This document shows, in pieces, positions 56,917-64,000 of a stretch of DNA of 64,000 nt. Under the pieces are notes generated by a model. It had not been told where the DNA came from. It did no database searches and worked only from the letters and a program-made list of their open reading frames with translations. The translations under genes were made by a program, and so were the position numbers. How positions within the stretch are numbered: the stretch's first letter is position 1; the number at the start of each line of letters is the position of its first letter. Source of the stretch: Octopus sinensis (taxonomy: Eukaryota); assembly GCF_006345805.1 (NCBI RefSeq), contig NC_043004.1, positions 24,676,001 to 24,740,000 on the forward strand, given 5' to 3'.

Positions 56917-57569
56917 TTAAGTAACAGGCACGAATGCCTGGGCGAACAACTGATCTCTTAACTGACCCCTACAATCTCTCTATTGTCTGTGTGTGCACCG
57001 ACGTGTTTGTAGGATCAATAAAATTTTCAACTGTGGTTGATCCGCACCATTCGGCTTTATTTTTTGGTTCGAGAATGGTGTATCTAAAAAAACAGAGAAA
57101 ACGTAGTAGTTACAGCTGGAATACCTTCGATGACAAATCTATTTGCTCGATCTGGGTTGACCTAGAGGGAAACAATATTCTTAATATTTGGTCTTCACAT
57201 TTTCACTTCGCCCTTAAAAAACAAATACCATACATTTCCAATTTTCATTCATGCTTCTATCACCGAACTATTTATACATAACTCACATCAGAATGTATGG
57301 GATTTAATTAAAAGTGTGTGATATTAAATAATCATAGCAAATATAGCCATATATATATATATATAACATATACAATAACTTTGTATGAACTGTTTTCAAG
57401 TTGTGAAATTGGCGGGAAACACTGATCAAATTTGGTGTTGGTGATAAAATGTGCTTTTATGCAAGAGACTGATTTTATCATGTTGTTCTAATGGAGATTA
57501 TCGTTCATATATATTAAGGTCTTTTAACTCCAGCTGAAAATCAACACAACAATCCACAATTAATACTGA

Positions 57570-57850
57570 TTTTCGTTAAATTCGTTCAAAGATATTTACC
57601 GTCTGTAGTTATGGTTCACTAATGGTCTTTCGTTTTAGTATTTCCCTCTTGCAGTACGGCTACTTGTGTAAATATTATAGAGAAAAAAGTTTTTGTAGGA
57701 GCAAATAAGTTGTAACGAGAAGAGGTAAAATGCAAATCATGGGTAGTATACACAATTTAGATAAAAATAAAAAAATTTAGTGAAGAAATGGCGGAAGTGG
57801 AAAGCAAATGAAATTAAAGGAGGTGACAGGAAGCAGACGGGAACAGATAT
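57570..57850 (-). promoter_or_regulatory. Candidate promoter and first non-coding exon of the ZNF gene; diverged paralog of 18890-19150
   Basis: TAAATTCGTTCAAA..TATTTACC (minus-strand donor G|GTAAAT) and GGCGGAAGTG...ACAGGAAG are shared with 18894-18917 and 19112-19140. Confidence 0.45.
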
Positions 57851-58230
57851 GTGTGTATTTTCTTATACGCTGCAGCCAAAAGTGGCTATGCCGAGACACC
57901 ACACGCAGACACACACATATATATATTCTTTTATTCTACGTTATGTTACAGTGAAACAACATGCTTATTCTTCCTTTACATTTTCATTTTGCTCATTAAG
58001 GCAGCTCCCAATTTTCCTGCAGGCTACTGTTGCCGAATTGTTCACACATAAGTCACATCAAAATGTATGGTATGTAAAGTAATACCGGGGCACCGCCAAG
58101 AAGAATTTTAGCCGAACGAATTGGCCCCTGGACTCATTTTAAATTTTAAGCTTAGTACTTATTCTACCGGACTTGTTGCCAAGCAGCTAAGTTACAGGAA
58201 CGTAAACACCAACACCGGTTATCAAGCGGT

Positions 58231-58262
<32 letters not shown>

Positions 58263-58405
58263 CTTTATTTAAAGCAGCAGAAAATTCAACAAAATCTGTT
58301 ACTCTGAGTTTCTCGTTGCCGTTCGTCTGGGGAGAGTAATTTTCTTTTTGTGCTTTATATTTTAACACACACACCGGTAAAATTTCCACTTATTTCTTTT
58401 TTGGC

Positions 58406-58567
58406 GTAACTTCGGTATAAGTCCCGGATACATTTCAAGAAAGTGTTTTTTTTTTATATATGGGGGGGGGGTTAGGGTTTGTGTTAAGGTTAGAGGTGGG
58501 AGAAAAGGATTTCTGTTATCTTCAGAAATGTAAACAAAGTCACCTGTGTACCTATACCGAAGGTTCC
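58406..58567. mobile_element. MITE with ~20-bp TIRs and internal GGGTTAGGG
   Basis: CGTAACTTCGGTATAAGT ... GTACCTATACCGAAGGTTCCG. Homologous to 19494-19650. Confidence 0.7.
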
Positions 58568-59343
58568 GCGTTTTTTTAATATTTTCCTAAAATTTTCGTT
58601 GGTGTCTTGCAACCTTTTCAATAGTCTTGACTCAATCCGTTATTTACACTGTTCTTTTTTGTTTGTTTGTGCGCATGTGTGTTTTGAAACTATGTACCGT
58701 GTTTGTATGTGTGGACACATGTCTCCATGTGTCCGTGTGTGTGTATATATGGTCATGTGTTTCAGTCTCCATTGTACGTCCTTACAAATGAAACTTTCCC
58801 AATACTAAATAGGAAATAGGCATAGTAGATATACCCACCATACCTGTTTCTTTACTACCCACAGAGGGGACAGACAAACGGATTAAGTCGATTATATTGA
58901 CCCCAGTGCGTGACTGGTACTTATTTAATCGACCCCGAAAGGATGAAAGGCAAAGTCGACCTCGGCGGAATTTGAACTCGGAACGTAACGGCAGACGAAA
59001 TACGGCTACGCATTTCGCCCGGCGTGCTAACGTTTCTGCCAGCTCTACCCACATTTTACACAGGTAGAGTAGAATAGTTAGTGGGCTGTTATGTAGACAG
59101 ATGTGTATGTGTGCGTGTATATATGTGAATATGCACATGTATGTTAGAATATGGATATGAAAATAAACATATCAACATACAGACGGAGAGGTACACAGAT
59201 TATATGAACAGACAAGAACTATATCTCTAAGATTTTCGTTGCGTCTTGCAAACTTTTCAATAGTACGTCCTTACAAATGTTACCGGTGAGTGTGTCAAAT
59301 TATAAGGCACTAAAAGAGAATGACTCACCCCAGACACAACAGA

Positions 59344-59377
<34 letters not shown>

Positions 59378-62004
59378 GGCTTTGTGTCTCTTCCCCACCA
59401 CTGCTTGATCACTGGTGTTGGTATGTTTACGTTCGCGTAACGTAGCGGTTCGGTAAAAGAGGCCAATAAAAAAAAGTACCCGGCATAAAAAAGAAAGAAC
59501 TGGTGTCGATTTTCAAAATTAAGGGAAAAACGTACTTAGGCTTATTTACCATCAAAACAAGGTATACCTTCACAAGTCCCACCCTAACACCGACTTTATT
59601 CCCTCATAACGTCCAAAAAATGTGGGTATCTTTTCATGAAATTTTTTGGTGGAGGTATAAAAGACGCAAACCATCGTTTTCCATTTTCCAGAAAGTTATG
59701 AGGAAACTAAAGTGAAGGAGTCACATTTGTGTAGGTACGCAAAAGGAGTTAGGGTAGATACGCAAAACGTTGTCATAAACTGAAACAGGCTTAAAAATAA
59801 AATGTTATTAGTATTAAGTAAGCAGGAAGAAACACACTAATGACAAGAAAAAAAAAGGGATGAAAATTATAATAAAAATGTTTTTAAACCCCTCTTCCTC
59901 TTCGAATTCTTGTTTTAAAAACCAGATTTTAATAAATGGACAGTCCGAATTTTTTGCTTAAATCCCAGCTATGGACCTCTCTTGGGCGCATCATCCTTCC
60001 ATTAAATGTGTTTATGGGCAGAAATATATTCTTTTCTACTCTAGGCACAAGGCCCGAAATTTTGGTGGAGGAAGCCAGTCGATTAGATCGACCCCAAAAT
60101 GTAACTGGTATAGGCAAAGGCGACCTCGGCGGAATTTGAACTCAGAACGTAAAGACAAACGAAATACCGCTAACGATTCTGCCAGCTCGCCGCCTGGGGA
60201 CAGAAAAATATTGGAGAAAAAAAAATGTCAGAGTCAGAGGGACGAAGAACCGAAGAAGGTGTCAGGTAGTCGGGAGATGCTCTAAAAATAACTGAATTGC
60301 CCGTAAATCACATAAAATTTCTCTCTCTTTTTTTTTTTTTTTGCATGAGCATATGAATTCCTGAGTGAAGAACACAAATTCGCAAGAATTTTCTGTAAGT
60401 TTCGAAAATAAAATAAGTTACAAGGAAAGGTTATATGGGGTGCTTAAATCAGAATTCTGCCAAAAATTTTGAATGGTTTATATCACGCACAAACAGCAAA
60501 GCTGGTTGCAGAAACGATTGAACAAGCAATGTTTGCAAAGGAGAAATTTTTTAAAAAATTGTTTTTTAACATCAACACTTCTCCCCCCCACCCCAACAAC
60601 TACCTGTCTTTGACGCATGCGCACAAACTGTACTCCGGTCATGGAAACTTCTCTCCGGACAGGACCCACCTAGAAGACGGTCATTGTCTATGCGTTACCG
60701 GAAGTTCACACTAAAACGTGTATTATCTTGCATATATCGGGTAGATATATATATATTCACTGCGATCGGTTCTTATTATACTGCCAGCGTCTTGTTTTGA
60801 ACCTATTTGTCATTCATTACGTTACCATAATTCTGTGGAAACACGTCCTCTTTCGGCAACTTCCCAACGCGCGGCTTGTCGTCGTCCGAGCAGAATGGAA
60901 GACTTTCATTGAAACATACTGCAGGTAAACACACTCCTCGTTTGTTTATCAGTCTGATGTATTGATGTTACTCAACATTATTCGGTTTTTTTTTTTTCGT
61001 TGAATGAATTACTGTGACATTCTAATATGCTACAAAAAATACTGGCAATTCATTAGTTAAAATTCGAAGAATTAAACTACGTTAAACTTACAACTTACAA
61101 ATTTATCAAAAAAGCCAAGGGAAAATAATGTTTTCTTTTGACACATTCTACCAGTATACGAAGTTTCAAATTGTTTAGTTAACTAGAAATTGGGTTGAAT
61201 TCTGTCTATCTAAAGGAAAAGATCCCAAAACCCTTTTGGGGATCCGGAAAACAGAGTGTGGCAAGGTGGAAAAAAATTACCCAATTTTTCTCATTGACAC
61301 ATTTATTGGTCTTTTGCTGAGATTTAAGCTAAAAATTCGGACTATCCGTATTTTAGACTGCGATTAAAAAAATATTCGAAAAATTGACCAAAATTTTTAA
61401 AATTTGGAAAATTTTTTTAAAACTTTTTTTCTTAGTTGTGTGAATTCCCGTGCGTAGAATACACATTCTCAAAAAGTTTCTGAAAATAAAGTTATTCGGG
61501 GTTATATGGCGTGCGTAAAGCAGAATTCCACCGGTAAATAAATTTTAGATAAATTTCCACCGGTAAATAAATTTATATCGCGAAAAACCACTGTTAAGTG
61601 GTTGGTGTTAGGACGGGCATCAAGCTGTAGAAACCAAACTGAAACAGATGGTTGGATCCTGGTGCAAGTAGCCCTCCACCAGTCCGTTTGCTAAATGTGA
61701 ATTATCTTTTGTTTTACTTGTTTTAGTTGTTCGACTACGGCCATGCTGGGGCACCACGTCGACTTCCATTTTTGAAGTCCGATATTTATCGTTCCTTTTT
61801 GCCGAACCGCTATCCTCCGGAAATGTAAAAAACTAACACCTGTTATCAAGCAGTGACGAGGACAGATCCGCATGTGTTTGACTGGCTTTAAGTTTCCGTC
61901 TACCAAATTCACTCAAAGCTTTATTCAGCTCAGGGCAATACTAAAAGGCACCTGCAAAAAGTGTCACGCTCTGGGACTAAACTCGGAACCCTGTGGTTTA
62001 ATAA

Positions 62005-63260
62005 AAATGAAATTATTGTATACAGTGCTCAGGTGCACCACAACTTGTCAAAAAGTGCATACAAAGTATATGCAGTAATGTACAAATGTCTGGAAAGCGA
62101 ACTGTGTATGAGTCAGAGACATGCTTGCGTGTGTATGGAGGGGAGAAAATCAGGTGTAGTGTTGGCGAATCTCAGGAAGCATGGAAGTTTTGAAGGATGC
62201 AGTGCTCCGACAACTAACAACTGATGCTGGCAGTCTGTTCCATGCTTCAGCAACTCTTAGCATGAAAAAATGTTTCCGATAGTCATGGGAGCTGTGCTGT
62301 TTTCTGACTTTGTAAACATGTCCACGAGTGTTAGACAGGTGGAGTTTGAAAAGGTGCTCAGAGTTATTGCTTGTAAGATGGTTTATAATTTTATGGGTGT
62401 CTGCCAAGTCAGCTGTCAGACGTCGGAGTTTCAATGTGTCCATGCCCAGGGAAGTAAGGCATTCAGAATATGGCAAATTCCTGATAGAGGGTATTCTCTT
62501 GGTTGCACATCGCTGAACGGCTTCCAGACAATTAATATCCTGGGCAAGATAGGGGTTCCAGACCAGTGATGCAAATTCCAGGTAAGGTCGTACCATAGCT
62601 ATATAAAGCCGCAGACAGATAGCCGGAGAGCGGCTCACAAAGAACTTGGTGAGTGATGCCAAGACACCCTCAGCCTTCTTGGCAATTTTAGCAATGTGTT
62701 TTGTCCAACGCAAATCACTGTCGACAATGATGCCCAGGTCACATTCACACGAAGACTTTTTGAGATTAGTGTTGTGGAGGGAGTAAGTAGATGCTAAGTT
62801 TTTCCTCCCAAAATGCATGGTGGTACATTTGTCCACAGCCAGCTTGAGTTGCCAGTCCATGATCCACTGCTGCATTGTCTGATTGCAATAGAAATCTATA
62901 GTGTACAGGATCTGACCTCTTTATTTCAAGGTACAGCTTGATGTCATCTGCATATTTCAGCACAGTGGCATTCTTTAAGTTGGCATCTATGTCATTAACA
63001 TATGCAACAAATAAAAGGGGGCCAAGAATAGATCCCTGTGGTACACCAGATGTCATCTGATAGGGTGAAGAGTGCTGTCCTAGAAATGTGACAACCTCTT
63101 TTCGGCTGATAATAAAGGACTTCAACCAGTTATAGAGATCATCTCTTACATCCAACGCAGAGAGTTTCACCATAAGTCTTTTGTGTGGCACAGAGTGAAA
63201 AACCTTAGCAAAGTCCAGGTAAACAACATCCACCCAGGATCCGCGATCAGTGATTGTAAA
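62005..63260 (-). mobile_element. 5'-truncated CR1-type LINE (RT and C-terminus, 3' UTR)
   Basis: VDVVYLDFAKVF, SGVPQGSILGPLLF, YADDIKLY, DLGIIVDSDL, LEAVQRCATKRI and TRGHVYK motifs, with one frameshift. Confidence 0.92.
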
Positions 63261-64000
63261 ACATTGTAAAACACTTGTAATTTGCATTAAATTTTTTTTT
63301 TTTTTTTCCACCTTTCCGCCATCCTGCTATTCATTGTATTTCACAATTGAAATGAAATCTGTTTTCTTTTTGTCATTTATAGTATTCCATTTTCTGAAAT
63401 GCTTCTGCTAAACTTTTAATCTGCAATTAACAAAAAAAATTTTTTGAAACTTCTTAACTGTCTCCCCAACATTTCATCTTGAAATTGCCATTAAAAAAAT
63501 TTCTTCAAAAAATTCCACCCGCATCTTCACCAACTACTTTTTTGTGGGGTGTGGAGGTGGTTGTCACATTTTTATTTTCTGTAAAATCTTTACTTATGAC
63601 ACAAAAAGCAAAGAAACCATATTTATCACTTTTTTTCAACACTCCCATTACTCTTTTTTTTCCCTAAACTTTTTCTCTGCAACATCATCTTCATCATTTA
63701 ATGTCCGTTTTCCAAGCTGGTATGGGTTAGATGGTTTGCTGGAGAGCTGCTTGCACCAAGCTCCAGCCATCTGTTTTGGTTTGGTTTCTACAGCTTGATG
63801 TACTTCCTAACGCCAACCACTTTACAGTGTGTACTGGGTGCCTTCTGCATGTCACAGGCACGTAAAAATTAAATGAATTATGAGAAAAACAAGAGGTTAT
63901 TCACCTATCTGATTCCACCAAGTGTCAGCAGTCATCATTGCTATCAAATTGAATTTTACATACTATTTTTTTTATTAAAAAAAAGAAAGCAATATCCTGT

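Noticed and set aside
60665-60710. Hammerhead-like CTAGAAGACGGTC...ACCGGAAG (also ~5600-5630)
   Set aside because: The catalytic core (CUGANGA/GAAA) is mutated, so at best these are decayed relics.

Overview
Repeat-rich animal genomic DNA, most likely Octopus or another coleoid cephalopod. That call is an inference from the dense (CA)/(TA)/(GATA) microsatellites, the tRNA-derived SINE families and a single-exon C2H2 zinc-finger array gene. Positions 1-18.2 kb are microsatellites, SINEs, a Penelope-type repeat with a minimal hammerhead motif and a solo LTR, followed by a 100-N gap. The main structure is a recent ~18-19 kb direct tandem duplication (about 19035-37580 and 37869-55640). Each unit carries a CpG/ETS-rich promoter, a plus-strand gene for a ~200-aa protein resembling a CARD + death-domain adaptor, RTE-LINE, Gypsy and mariner relics, and a minus-strand ~23-finger C2H2 gene. 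Non-coding DNA and the ZNF exon are almost identical between the units. The two death-fold ORFs instead differ by about 22 non-synonymous and 1 synonymous substitution (hand count), clustered in one death-domain segment, which suggests strong diversifying selection. The last 8 kb hold MITEs, a diverged copy of the promoter, SINEs and a CR1-type LINE. Most short ORFs in the track are microsatellite artefacts.
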